64,000 nucleotides of DNA, from the IMG/VR virus record IMGVR_UViG_3300009155_000044, positions 1 to 64,000 of that record. One strand, given 5' to 3'. The notes below the pieces were generated by a model. That model saw only the letters and a list, made by a program, of their open reading frames with translations. It was not told where the DNA came from and did no database searches. This document shows positions 54,308-64,000 of the stretch, in pieces; the first letter of the stretch is position 1; every line of letters begins with the position of its first letter. A program made the position numbers and the translations under genes. The DNA comes from a virus.

Positions 54308-54340
54308 TTTAAAAACGCTGTATTTAATTTATAATATAGT

Positions 54341-54781
54341 ATGACTAAAACAAATCAAATGGAAACTGCTAATGGAGTTGCTAACGGTTCAGATCAATAT
54401 TCTAGCAACACATTGATTCAAGAAATCAATGAAATGCGAGCTTCAAATTCTACAAACACTCCAGAATTTGTATCAAAAATGAGACAGCTTGAAGTTCTTT
54501 TGGGAGTGTCTGAAATTAGTCCATTTGGAACTAATGAACTAGAAGTCTTTCAAGAAATGCTGTCTGACATGAGCGTATCAGAAATGCAAAAACTTGCTCA
54601 AAAGGTTGGAATCAATCCTTTTTACGACTATCCAAACTTAAAGAAAAACTTAGTAAAAGAATTCACTGCTTCTACTCGCAATAGTCGCAGAAACATTATG
54701 CCAACTTCTATGAATAGTTTTGTCATGGATCCTAATAATCCTGAACATAAACACTTAATGAAGCTTATTAATGATATTTAG
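54341..54781 (+). CDS. hypothetical protein
   Basis: ORF track. Confidence 0.7.
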   Translation: MTKTNQMETANGVANGSDQYSSNTLIQEINEMRASNSTNTPEFVSKMRQLEVLLGVSEISPFGTNELEVFQEMLSDMSVSEMQKLAQKVGINPFYDYPNLKKNLVKEFTASTRNSRRNIMPTSMNSFVMDPNNPEHKHLMKLINDI

Positions 54782-54795
54782 TGTAAAATGCTTAT

Positions 54796-55254
54796 ATGAG
54801 CGCTATTAGTGATTTAAGTTCTGGTATTTTTCAAACTGAATTTGATGGAGATTCTGGAATCGTTCCAGAGTCTTACATCTCCTCTTGGTTGAATGCTAAT
54901 CTTGGCCAATTAAACTCACTAATTAACACATCTTATAGTGGTAGTGGAGCAGCTTTAGATTTGGAATCTAGCGCTATTTACAAAGAAATGTATCTGTGCA
55001 GTTACTATAATAAACAGTCTCGTAATGCTCTTAGAGGAATACTATCAACATCTAGTGGAGGAGACGTTTTGAGTTTGCGAGATGGTAATAGTTCAGTATC
55101 GTTCACTAATAAAAATGAAGTGGCAAAAGTATACAAGTCTATGGCAACAGACTGTCAAGCTAAAATTGACGTTATGAGTCACAAATATAACATGTATCAA
55201 TCTGAGCCATTACAAGTGGGAGGAATTGAAACGTCCATCAACTTGAGCTACTAG
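54796..55254 (+). CDS. putative head-tail adaptor
   Basis: Position after MCP; helical, about 150 aa. Confidence 0.55.
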   Translation: MSAISDLSSGIFQTEFDGDSGIVPESYISSWLNANLGQLNSLINTSYSGSGAALDLESSAIYKEMYLCSYYNKQSRNALRGILSTSSGGDVLSLRDGNSSVSFTNKNEVAKVYKSMATDCQAKIDVMSHKYNMYQSEPLQVGGIETSINLSY

Positions 55255-55267
55255 ATTTTAAAACATA

Positions 55268-55302
55268 AAAAAAGGAGCATGGATGACCATGCTCCTTTTT
55301 TA
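55268..55302. terminator. bidirectional terminator
   Basis: AAAAAAGGAGCATGG ATGA CCATGCTCCTTTTTT between convergent genes. Confidence 0.85.
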
Positions 55303-55311
55303 TTAGCGTTA

Positions 55312-56649
55312 TTAGTATGAGAATATTGCTGCTCCACTTGGAGCGCCATTGCTTCCAGTAGTAGAGAGTAAAAATCCATTAGCTCCTGTACCAAAAATAG
55401 TTCCAGCGCAAACTCCGCTCATATAAACTCCTCGCGTAGTATCATTTAAACTAGCATATTGAGTGGAGAAGACAAGATCAACAGTTTTATTTCCACCAAT
55501 GCTGCTAGAGAATGATTCACTATCTAAGCGGCATTTTTTAAGAGTATAAATTACTGCTGGAGTGGAAGTTGCAATTGTTGGATTTTTAATAGTTAAAGTG
55601 ATATTTTTCTCATAAGTTAAATCAATAATTCCTGCAAGATTTTCAGCAGTTATTTCATTCACTATAGCAGAAACTGAAAGCGTTGCAGTTCCTGGCAAAT
55701 CTAATGGTCTAGCAAATGCGAACCTGCTTCCAAGACGTTGAATTGGAGTTCTGGCAAGAGGAATAGCTAATGATGCGCTCTGAATGTGAAGAGCGTTTGA
55801 TCCAGTTAATTCTACAAAAACTCCACTTCCAACATCATTAAAAGCAGACAAATCTAATGTAATATCTCCAGGGCGCAAAGCAACGATTCCGCTTGCACCT
55901 AAACTAGATTTACCAAATGGAAGAAATGCATTTCCAGGGGTAAATCCACTTCCAGTTAAAGCTGTAACGCCACTAATAGCAACTCCGTTGGTTGGATTAA
56001 CAGATGCTAAACTAATTCCATAAAAACCAGAAAAAGCTCCAGAACCAACACCTCCAGTTGGAACTAAACCAGTCATAGCGTAAATGCTAGTACCAGCGTT
56101 TATATTAGCACCTTCAAAAGATACTGAAACTGTTGGCAAACTCCCCACTGCCGCATCAAGAGTATAGTTTGTGATGTAAGCGTTTCCAATGCCAATAAAG
56201 TTTTTAATAAATGCTGCTGAAGCTCCATAACCAGTTTGCCCAGTTACTGTTGCTGCCGCAGGAGCTACATTATTAACGTCATCTCCTTCAGCAGTGGTCA
56301 AAATATAAAAATTCTGACCACTAAAATCAGAAACCATGTGACCAGAAAGAAAAGTCTTTTCTCCGCTCAATCCAACTCCACTGTTTTGTACATAAAAACT
56401 CAAAGCTCTCTCATTGCTTCCATCTGTTAAATAGTAGGAGAAGTCAAGATTCACTGTTGGAGGTTCTAAAGCTACATAACCAATGCGCCCAAGTTCACCA
56501 AACTGATTGATGTCTTGGCGATTAATAGTGAAGCTATAGTTTGCGCTTTGAACTCTGTCGAGTTCAACATGTTGTCCATTGCCCGTGGAAGAGATGTCTT
56601 TGCTAATATATAAGGCATCTGATTGATAAATTACTCGATTTCTAGCCAT
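55312..56649 (-). CDS. major tail (tube)-like protein, paralog A
   Basis: MARNRVIYQSDALY..., RVQSANY.F, QSASLAIPL.RTPIQRLGSRF; tail module. Confidence 0.65.
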   Translation of the reverse strand: MARNRVIYQSDALYISKDISSTGNGQHVELDRVQSANYSFTINRQDINQFGELGRIGYVALEPPTVNLDFSYYLTDGSNERALSFYVQNSGVGLSGEKTFLSGHMVSDFSGQNFYILTTAEGDDVNNVAPAAATVTGQTGYGASAAFIKNFIGIGNAYITNYTLDAAVGSLPTVSVSFEGANINAGTSIYAMTGLVPTGGVGSGAFSGFYGISLASVNPTNGVAISGVTALTGSGFTPGNAFLPFGKSSLGASGIVALRPGDITLDLSAFNDVGSGVFVELTGSNALHIQSASLAIPLARTPIQRLGSRFAFARPLDLPGTATLSVSAIVNEITAENLAGIIDLTYEKNITLTIKNPTIATSTPAVIYTLKKCRLDSESFSSSIGGNKTVDLVFSTQYASLNDTTRGVYMSGVCAGTIFGTGANGFLLSTTGSNGAPSGAAIFSY

Positions 56650-56687
56650 GATAGTTAAATAGGTTTGTGTTTATTTTATTAATATTA

Positions 56688-57836
56688 TTAAGAGTAGATG
56701 ACATTTGAGCCAACTCCGCTCATGAAAATTCCTCTTCCAGTTTCATTCAAGCTAGAGTATTGAGCGGAGAATACGAGATCAACAGTTTTATTTCCACCAA
56801 CACTGCTAGAGAATGATTCGCTATCTAAGCGGCACTTTTTAAGAGTATACGTTACTGCTGGAATGGCAGTTGTTGGATTGTTAATAGTTAAAGTAACATC
56901 TTTTTCAACAGTTAAATCAATAATTCCTGCAAGATTTTCCGCAGTCATTTCATTAACAATAGCAGATACTGAAAGTGTTGCAGCTGCTGGCAAATCTAAT
57001 GGCCTAGCAAATGCGAACCTGCTTCCAATGCGTTGAATTGGAGTTCTGGCAAGAGGAATAGCTAATGATGCGCTCTGAATGTGAATAGCGTTTGTGCTAG
57101 ATAATGCTACGAAAGCTCCTTGAAAATCAACATCAAAAGCTGTTAAATTTAACGTGATATCTCCAGGTCGAAGAGCAGTTATGTTGCTGTTTCCTAAAGA
57201 AGTTTTACCTGTTCCAAGAGTTACTCCAGTTCCAGAATATGAGAGTCCACTTTCTGGCTGAATTGATGCTAATTGCAATCCGCTCCATCCACCAGGACTA
57301 GACGTTACACCTGTAACAGCATTCATATTAGCAGCTTCGAATGAAACTGAAACTGTTGGAAGATTACCAACTGCCGCATCAAGAGTGTAGTTTGTGATGT
57401 AAGCATTACCAATGCCGATAGCATTTTTAATGTAGTTTCCAGCGCCAGCTACGTCTCCAGAAGTGTTATTAACATCGTTTCCTTCTGTAGAGGTTAAGAT
57501 GTAAAAATTTTGTCCGCTAAAGTCGGAAATCATGTGTCCAGAAAGAAATGTTTTCTCAACAGCAGTTCCAGTTTTTACATAAAAATTCAAAGCTCTTTCA
57601 TTGCTTCCATCTGTTAAGTAGTAAGTTAAATCAAGATTAACTGTGGGAGGTTCTAAAGCTACATAACCAATGCGTCCCAGTTCGCCAAATTGATTGACAT
57701 CTTGGCGATTAATAGTGAAGCTGTAGTTTGCGCTTTGAACGCGATCAAGTTGAGCGTGAGCGCCACTCACTGATCCAGTGATATTTTTACTAACGTATAA
57801 TGCGTCTGATTGATAAATTACTCGATTTCTAGCCAT
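56688..57836 (-). CDS. major tail (tube)-like protein, paralog B
   Basis: Same motifs as paralog A. Confidence 0.65.
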   Translation of the reverse strand: MARNRVIYQSDALYVSKNITGSVSGAHAQLDRVQSANYSFTINRQDVNQFGELGRIGYVALEPPTVNLDLTYYLTDGSNERALNFYVKTGTAVEKTFLSGHMISDFSGQNFYILTSTEGNDVNNTSGDVAGAGNYIKNAIGIGNAYITNYTLDAAVGNLPTVSVSFEAANMNAVTGVTSSPGGWSGLQLASIQPESGLSYSGTGVTLGTGKTSLGNSNITALRPGDITLNLTAFDVDFQGAFVALSSTNAIHIQSASLAIPLARTPIQRIGSRFAFARPLDLPAAATLSVSAIVNEMTAENLAGIIDLTVEKDVTLTINNPTTAIPAVTYTLKKCRLDSESFSSSVGGNKTVDLVFSAQYSSLNETGRGIFMSGVGSNVIYS

Positions 57837-57900
57837 GGTAGTTAAATAGGTTTAATTGGGTTCGTTTCATTTACAGTTTTTCCCTATAAAAGAGAATTTT

Positions 57901-58749
57901 TTATTGTCTTGGATATCTTTGTTGGTGTATTTCAAAGTCTAAAAATCCAACATATAAGTTGTCTGTTAAAGTTGTTCTAGCTTTATCAGTTAATTTGGAA
58001 GCATTTACACTATTAATAAAAAATGAAGTATTAGAGCTATAAGTTGACTTTAAAGTTGAATAAGAATAAGATCCATTTTTTAAATCTCCATATTCTGTTT
58101 GAGGATGTCCAGAAAATGGAATGTTACAAAAGTTCTCGTTGTATGAATCTGCAAAAATAGATAAAACTCCATCAAGTTGATAAGCATTTTCAGCTAAAAT
58201 TACAGCTTTCATATTTATTTTAGTAGTGTCCATACCACCAAATGCGAATCCATCATTTTTCATAGAATCGCTAGACAAGAAAATAGCAGGCACCACTTGA
58301 TCATATGGAGATATATAATTTTCATCAGGGCTAGAAATTCTAGAGTTTTGAATATACTTTCTCTCTACAATCAAATCGTCCTCAGACTCATTAGTAAAAT
58401 AAACGTTAAAATCTTTGACTGAAAATGATCCTGTGATTGGAGCGGAAGTCGAGACTCCACTAGCTAAAACTCTTCCATTTTCAAAATCAATAATCAAAGA
58501 GTCGCTTCTTGGAACGAAAGATCCGCTAATATAAATTCCACTAGGAACTATTGCATTTGTGATGGAAGAATCTGTGACCCATTGTTTATAAGCGCTGCCA
58601 TAAGCTTTGTATCTAGCGTCTAATCGATCATCAGAATAATTGAAAAAATTTCCAGTTTGATTGGAAAATGCTTCTCCTTTGCGCAACAAGTAATTGTCAA
58701 ACCATAATAAAAAAGAAGTCGTGGCTCTGTGTTGGAATTGTTCTATCAT
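57901..58749 (-). CDS. putative tail completion/terminator protein
   Basis: Position upstream of the tail-tube genes. Confidence 0.55.
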   Translation of the reverse strand: MIEQFQHRATTSFLLWFDNYLLRKGEAFSNQTGNFFNYSDDRLDARYKAYGSAYKQWVTDSSITNAIVPSGIYISGSFVPRSDSLIIDFENGRVLASGVSTSAPITGSFSVKDFNVYFTNESEDDLIVERKYIQNSRISSPDENYISPYDQVVPAIFLSSDSMKNDGFAFGGMDTTKINMKAVILAENAYQLDGVLSIFADSYNENFCNIPFSGHPQTEYGDLKNGSYSYSTLKSTYSSNTSFFINSVNASKLTDKARTTLTDNLYVGFLDFEIHQQRYPRQ

Positions 58750-59327
58750 TTTAATTGAGCGAATAAGTTAGAGTATTTATTAATCAAAAGAGATATGTAT
58801 TGTTGATTTTTAAATGTTTTACTACTAGTTTTTACACTAGTTTGGATTCCCGCGCCAGATCTACTATTTTTACTTTTTAAATTTAAATAAAATCCTAGTC
58901 CAGAAATGCCAGTTTCGATTCCTTGCGCCCAGCTTCTGCCAGATGCCCATGGCATAGGAGTAACTTCAAAAATTTCCTTGGCTGTTGGAAGAAGTATCGA
59001 AAATTTAACTCCAGAAGCAACATCTCCAGAGTATTTAAAATTTGTTGCTTGTAGTTTTTCTAAAATTGGCTTGATGGGTTCATCTCCATCTTCAAATCCA
59101 ATAAATGAAAATAAATTGCCATATCCGCCAAGAGAACCACTAGAATTTGATGCTTGTGGACCATTTGAAATTTCTTGAGAGATTGGATGATTTAAAAACT
59201 CTTCAATCATTTTATCTTTTAAAGTTTCAAATTTTTCTTGAAAAGTTTTTTCAAAAGCTACTCGCAAGAGTTTTGGAGCTTGAGCATCTATTATGCTTTG
59301 TACATCTTTTGGAAGTTTCATAATCAA
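58746..59327 (-). CDS. putative neck/tail completion protein
   Basis: Position; PW..GRSWA.GIE.GISG motif. Confidence 0.55.
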   Translation of the reverse strand: MIMKLPKDVQSIIDAQAPKLLRVAFEKTFQEKFETLKDKMIEEFLNHPISQEISNGPQASNSSGSLGGYGNLFSFIGFEDGDEPIKPILEKLQATNFKYSGDVASGVKFSILLPTAKEIFEVTPMPWASGRSWAQGIETGISGLGFYLNLKSKNSRSGAGIQTSVKTSSKTFKNQQYISLLINKYSNLFAQLK

Positions 59328-59773
59328 GCATCAATTGGACTCAAGTAAAACTCGTAATATAAATTATCAAATAAACGAATTGGACTCCATTCACTAATGA
59401 TAGCGAATATTTTACCATCAACTTCTACTCGACGAGCTTCTTTTATAAAATCAGCACTTGCTAAATCCACAACAATTTTAACAGATCCTTGTGGTAGTAT
59501 GATTTTACTAGCTGGAGAGTTTGGATCTGACAAAATTTCTTCTTTTAAATTTGTATAATAAATTCTTGCTTGAATAGTTTGACTAACTTCTTGATTCACA
59601 ATGCTAGTAGTTTTGCCAGCATTGCCATAAATACCGTTAAATTTAGCATTAGCTGTTGGCGCTAATTTTTGAGCATTTTTATAAACAACAATGGTTCTTG
59701 AAAAAGTATCATGAAGATTATTATAAATATTATTTATTGCTGCTTGTTTTGATGCATTAATGAAACTTGCCAT
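59324..59773 (-). CDS. putative head-closure protein
   Basis: Position; beta-rich, about 150 aa. Confidence 0.5.
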   Translation of the reverse strand: MASFINASKQAAINNIYNNLHDTFSRTIVVYKNAQKLAPTANAKFNGIYGNAGKTTSIVNQEVSQTIQARIYYTNLKEEILSDPNSPASKIILPQGSVKIVVDLASADFIKEARRVEVDGKIFAIISEWSPIRLFDNLYYEFYLSPIDA

Positions 59774-59818
59774 ATTGAAATTTACACTTTAAAAAGTATT
59801 ATATATAAAGGTATCAGG

Positions 59819-60109
59819 ATGAATGCTAAAAATTCTTTAGAGGATAGGTGTAAAAGGTCAATGTCTAGCTTATTTAAAGATATGCTAGTCATCATTGAAG
59901 ATTTAAAGTTTGAACATGACTTGCAATTTAGAAAAATATTAGATGTTCTACCAATTGAGCATCATAATGTAATTTATGCGGCAAATTATTTAACAGATGA
60001 TAAATCTACTCGATTGCGCAAAAGAGTTTTAGACATTGGAAATGAAGCTATTAGAGATTTTTCTGACGAATATGAAAAATATACTGTAACTTTTGTATTT
60101 AAAAATTAA
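59819..60109 (+). CDS. hypothetical protein
   Basis: ORF track. Confidence 0.65.
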   Translation: MNAKNSLEDRCKRSMSSLFKDMLVIIEDLKFEHDLQFRKILDVLPIEHHNVIYAANYLTDDKSTRLRKRVLDIGNEAIRDFSDEYEKYTVTFVFKN

Positions 60110-60124
60110 AATATATTAAGGCAT

Positions 60125-60880
60125 ATGGATTTTAAAGAACTATACAATTTTACAGTAGATAAAGAAGTGGAAAAAGTAATCGAGTCTTCCAAGAAGGACA
60201 AGAAAACTGGTGAAGAAACTATCACTAAAAAAACAGTCAAGGAAAAAGTTCCAGTGATTATTAAACTAAAGCGTCCTTCTCGTAGAGAATTGGAAGAAGC
60301 CGAGTTGGAGTTTAGTGTTGAAATGAGTCGATGCGTTAAGAAGGGCATCTTAACAAAAGCTATGTTGGCTAAGAAGTATAGCGACACTGGCGGTTTGATG
60401 AGCGAAGATGACGCTCAATCATTGGTAGACTCTTATAAAAAGATTTTTGATTTGCAAAATGAATACTCTCGCTTAGAGATTGTTCAAAATAAAACTGACA
60501 AACAAAAAGAAAGAGTAGAAGAAATTTCCACTGAGCTTGTGAAAGTTCGCCGTCAAATTGTAGAGTTTGAAAGCAACTATCAATCTTTGTTTGATCATAC
60601 AGCAGATGTTAGAGCGCAGAATCGACTCATTCTCTGGTATGTAATCATGTTGACTCACATTCAAGAAGAGACTGATGAAAATCCTAAACCATTTTTTGGA
60701 AAAGGATCATTTGAGGACAAGATGGAAGAGTATTACAAGAGAGAAGAGGGCGAAGATCCTCTATATTTCTTAATTACTAAAAAGGCTGCAACAGTTTTAG
60801 CTTTCTGGTTCTTCAACCAAACCTCTGATAAAGACTCTTTTGATGGATTGATGAAACGACTCGAAACTAATGAACTGTGA
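60125..60880 (+). CDS. putative tail assembly chaperone
   Basis: Position upstream of the tape measure; acidic, helical. Confidence 0.55.
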   Translation: MDFKELYNFTVDKEVEKVIESSKKDKKTGEETITKKTVKEKVPVIIKLKRPSRRELEEAELEFSVEMSRCVKKGILTKAMLAKKYSDTGGLMSEDDAQSLVDSYKKIFDLQNEYSRLEIVQNKTDKQKERVEEISTELVKVRRQIVEFESNYQSLFDHTADVRAQNRLILWYVIMLTHIQEETDENPKPFFGKGSFEDKMEEYYKREEGEDPLYFLITKKAATVLAFWFFNQTSDKDSFDGLMKRLETNEL

Positions 60881-61857
60881 GTGAAGAAGAGTATATCTCT
60901 ATAGTTGGAGAAATCTTTGATGGTTGTACTGAATTTGAGTACGCTGGGAAACCAGCGTACTTGAAGCATTTCTCTATTAGAGATCAAAGGTATATTCATC
61001 GTTATTATGATAAATACAAATCCATCGCTTTAAAAAAAGGAATTCCCGACGAAAAAACAATTTTAGCTAGACTAAAAAATGACAACTTATGGTCTGATGA
61101 TGATGATTTAAAAATTGCTAATTTAGAAGTTGACATTAGCGCTTTAAAAGAGACTCAAAAAAATCTTTATTTGCAGTCTCAAAAAGATAAAGTTGGCAAA
61201 AATATAGCTTCAAAAACTAACGAATTAAATAAATTACAATCTACAAAACGAGAGGTTGCTGGAACTACTGCCGAATCTTACGCTTCTAATCGCACAAATG
61301 AAGAATTTATAAGATACATTTTATTTAAAGATGAGAGTTTAAAAGAGCATTTGTTTTCTCAAGAGGAATTTGATGAATTAGAAGACTATAACATCAACTA
61401 TTTAATCAAAGTATACTCATCTTCAAATCATCGTTTAAACGAAGATAATATTCAACACTGTGTTTTAAGAGATTTCTTTAACATGTATCTCTCTCAGACT
61501 GAAGATTTGTCAGCATTTTATGGCAAACCAATTATTCAACTATCAATTTTTCAATTAAAACTAGCATTGTATGCTAGAGTGTTTTTTAACATATTTCAAT
61601 ATAATGAAGACATTCCAGACACTATTAAAAAAGATCCATCTGCAATTTTAAGATTTTCAGAGAGCAAAAAAGGCGGCAATAAACAGTCAACAAAACGACA
61701 AGCTAAAGAATCTGAATCCACAGTAATTTTTGGCGCTACTAAAGAAGATTTAAAACAAATAGATCCTAATGCTCGCACCATTTCTTTAGAAGACGCAATC
61801 AAGAACAATGGAGGAAGTCTTAATATGGAACAAATGATGAAATTGATGGATGGTTAG
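60877..61857 (+). CDS. putative tail assembly chaperone 2
   Basis: GTG start overlapping the previous stop. Confidence 0.55.
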   Translation: MSEEEYISIVGEIFDGCTEFEYAGKPAYLKHFSIRDQRYIHRYYDKYKSIALKKGIPDEKTILARLKNDNLWSDDDDLKIANLEVDISALKETQKNLYLQSQKDKVGKNIASKTNELNKLQSTKREVAGTTAESYASNRTNEEFIRYILFKDESLKEHLFSQEEFDELEDYNINYLIKVYSSSNHRLNEDNIQHCVLRDFFNMYLSQTEDLSAFYGKPIIQLSIFQLKLALYARVFFNIFQYNEDIPDTIKKDPSAILRFSESKKGGNKQSTKRQAKESESTVIFGATKEDLKQIDPNARTISLEDAIKNNGGSLNMEQMMKLMDG

Positions 61858-61894
61858 GATTTTTTAGTGTAAAGCTCTTAAAGGAGCAAGGACA

Positions 61895-64000
61895 ATGGCA
61901 TTACAACTTCCAGTAGTACAAACAGGTTTAGAAGCGAGCATTCAAGCGGCAATGAGAAATGCTGGCAAAGGCGCTGTGATTAATTTGGGAACTAGCGGCA
62001 AACAAATTGCCTCACTATCTCAACCACTAGGAAGAATCACTGGTCAAGCTGATCAATTCACAAAATCAATGGAAGCTGCGAATGCTCGCGTTTTCGCATT
62101 CGGAGCATCTGTTGGCATTATTAATAATGTTGCTAAAGCATTTAAAGGGATTATTACTAGCACAATAGAAGTTGAGACTTCTTTAGCAAATATTTATAGC
62201 GTTTTAGATAAAGCTGGATTAAGTGCTAAAGAGTTTGAAAGTGGACTATTTGAAGCTGCAAAAAATGCTGGGCAATCATTCAAAGTTGCTGCCGATGCAG
62301 CTTTAGAATTATCTCGTCAAGGTTTAAATTCACAAGATGTTTTAAAAAGATTAAATGATACTTTAATTTTAACTCGTTTATCTGGATTAGATTCTGCTGC
62401 TGCTGTAGAAGGCTTGAGCGCAGCATACAACTCTTTTGCTGGAACTGGTATTACAACTACAGAAATTCTTAATAAATTAGTTGCTGTTTCTCAAAAATAT
62501 GCAGTTTCTGAAAAAGATCTTATTGAAGGCATTAAAAGAGCAGGATCTACGGCTCAACAAGCTGGAGTTTCTTTTGATGAACTTGCAGCTTTGATTACTG
62601 CTGTACAAGAAAAGACTGCTAGAGGTGGTGCAGTTATTGGTAACTCTTTCAAAACTATTTTTGCTAGACTTCAAGATAAAACAACTCTTGAGTATTTAAG
62701 CGATTTAGGCATTGGAGTTACTGATTTAGAGGGAAAGGTTCTTCCAGCTACTGCAATCATGGAGGGATTAGCTGCAAAATTTAACGATTTTTCAAAAATT
62801 GGACAAGCTGACATTGCTGAAAAGCTGGGTGGTATTTATCAATTGGGAAATTTGCTTGCGGCACTTCAAGATTTATCTAGTGAACAGTCTAAGTATACAG
62901 GAGCTATTAAAGTATCAGCAGAAGCAGCTGATCAAGCTTATCAAAAAAATGCAGCTTTAAATAACACTCTAGAGAGCATCTTGAATAGAGTTTCAGTGAG
63001 TGCTGAACAGTTAGGAGCTACTCTTGGCTCGCTAGGAGTAACTGATAATTTAAAAAATATTTTAAATTTCTTTACTTGGCTTTTAGATGGTATTCAAAAA
63101 GTTTTACAAGAGGATAGTGGAATTGGTAAATTTTTTAAAGGATTAGTTGCTGGTATTGGTAATTTAATCTCTGGGCCAGGACTAGCACTATTTGGAGCTA
63201 TCATTCTTAAACTATCAAGAGATCTTGTTCAGTTTGGATTTTCTAGTTTAAAAAGTTTTTTTGGCATTGGTCAAGCTGCCAAGCAAATTGCAGATGTTGA
63301 AAAATCTGTTGCTCAAGCATTGTCTACAAATGTTTCTTTACAACAACGCTTGTTAGCTGTTGAGGGAGATCGAGCAGCACAGTTAAGAATTATCAGCGCT
63401 GAGATTATTGCTCAAGAAGCGATGCTTAGAAGAATTGCGAGCACATCAGCAGCAATTGCTCCTGGTTTATATGGAGGTGGCGTAAGATCAACAGGACAAG
63501 GCTTGCGCGTTCCAAAAGCTGCTGATGGATACATGCCAGCAGTTGCGGAAGAAGCCTCTAGCGTGAAGCGTGGAGTTGGTGGGGCTAAGCCTTCAGACAA
63601 GCCAGTAGTCATTCCAAACTTCAACTTTGGAGGGGGCAAGCGTGGAACCATGGTTGCAAACTCTGGAGAACACATTGTCCCAAACTTTAATGGAAGCGGC
63701 GGGAGCGCTATCTTCAATAGAGACATGGTGAGAAAAATGGGAATGCCTGTTGGAGCGCAAAAAATTAATTCTGCTGGAGGTTTTGTTCCAAATTTTGCTA
63801 ACGAAATTATTGAAAGTAAAACATTTGAAGTGCAACAATTACCTAAGTTTAAAAATATGGGTAAAGCAGATTTAAATGATGATTTTCAAACTTCTATAGA
63901 AATTATTAGACAAAAAAAATCCATTGGTCATTATAATGCTGCTGCTCAATCAATGGCTCAATCAATGGCTCAATCAATTTTGCCTGTATATGGAAAAAGT
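61895..64000 (+). CDS. tape measure protein (TP901-like), runs off the window end
   Basis: Hand translation MALQLPVVQTGLEASIQAA...FAFGASVG...GNSFKTIFARLQD; absent from the track because there is no stop in the window. Confidence 0.88.
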   Translation, partial: MALQLPVVQTGLEASIQAAMRNAGKGAVINLGTSGKQIASLSQPLGRITGQADQFTKSMEAANARVFAFGASVGIINNVAKAFKGIITSTIEVETSLANIYSVLDKAGLSAKEFESGLFEAAKNAGQSFKVAADAALELSRQGLNSQDVLKRLNDTLILTRLSGLDSAAAVEGLSAAYNSFAGTGITTTEILNKLVAVSQKYAVSEKDLIEGIKRAGSTAQQAGVSFDELAALITAVQEKTARGGAVIGNSFKTIFARLQDKTTLEYLSDLGIGVTDLEGKVLPATAIMEGLAAKFNDFSKIGQADIAEKLGGIYQLGNLLAALQDLSSEQSKYTGAIKVSAEAADQAYQKNAALNNTLESILNRVSVSAEQLGATLGSLGVTDNLKNILNFFTWLLDGIQKVLQEDSGIGKFFKGLVAGIGNLISGPGLALFGAIILKLSRDLVQFGFSSLKSFFGIGQAAKQIADVEKSVAQALSTNVSLQQRLLAVEGDRAAQLRIISAEIIAQEAMLRRIASTSAAIAPGLYGGGVRSTGQGLRVPKAADGYMPAVAEEASSVKRGVGGAKPSDKPVVIPNFNFGGGKRGTMVANSGEHIVPNFNGSGGSAIFNRDMVRKMGMPVGAQKINSAGGFVPNFANEIIESKTFEVQQLPKFKNMGKADLNDDFQTSIEIIRQKKSIGHYNAAAQSMAQSMAQSILPVYGKS

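Noticed and set aside
60870-60885. Programmed frameshift between the two putative tail chaperones
   Set aside because: No clear XXXYYYZ slippery heptamer near the first stop; the second gene has its own overlapping GTG start.
63940-63980. GCTCAATCAATG x3 repeat at the window end
   Set aside because: Short in-frame AQSM repeat within the tape measure; ordinary.

Overview
A 64-kb segment of a large, AT-rich tailed dsDNA phage genome (probably a siphovirus-like morphotype), read in standard code 11. Host is unknown; weak Shine-Dalgarno use plus TTGACA-type promoters fit a non-Bacteroidetes host such as Verrucomicrobia/Planctomycetes (inference). Layout: (1) 0-14.8 kb accessory, DNA-repair, lysis and nucleotide genes (HNH, UvsE, glucosaminidase-like, intein-interrupted CHAP amidase, GIY-YIG, ThyX) with 8 tRNAs. 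(2) 15-21.3 kb a tandem array of 24 paralogous mini-ORFs built from a 12-bp TCTGTA-NNG-NNT (Ser-Val-x-x) unit, just downstream of a DUF6745-like gene pair. (3) 22-27 kb non-coding repeats, 4 more tRNAs, candidate structured RNAs, a D-arm-less tRNA-Arg-like gene, sulfotransferase and RuvB-like genes. (4) 28-39 kb small minus-strand genes separated by about 12 copies of a ~165-bp promoter / twin-palindrome / terminator element, with signs of cassette shuffling. (5) 39-64 kb late region: PhoH, phage sigma factor, ERCC4 nuclease, terminase with two inteins 6 residues apart in Walker A, portal, protease/scaffold, capsid, duplicated tail-tube-like genes and the start of the tape measure. The best candidates for undescribed systems are the SVxx mini-protein array and the palindrome-delimited cassette array. 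Family assignments come from motif recognition by eye; no database or HMM search was run.
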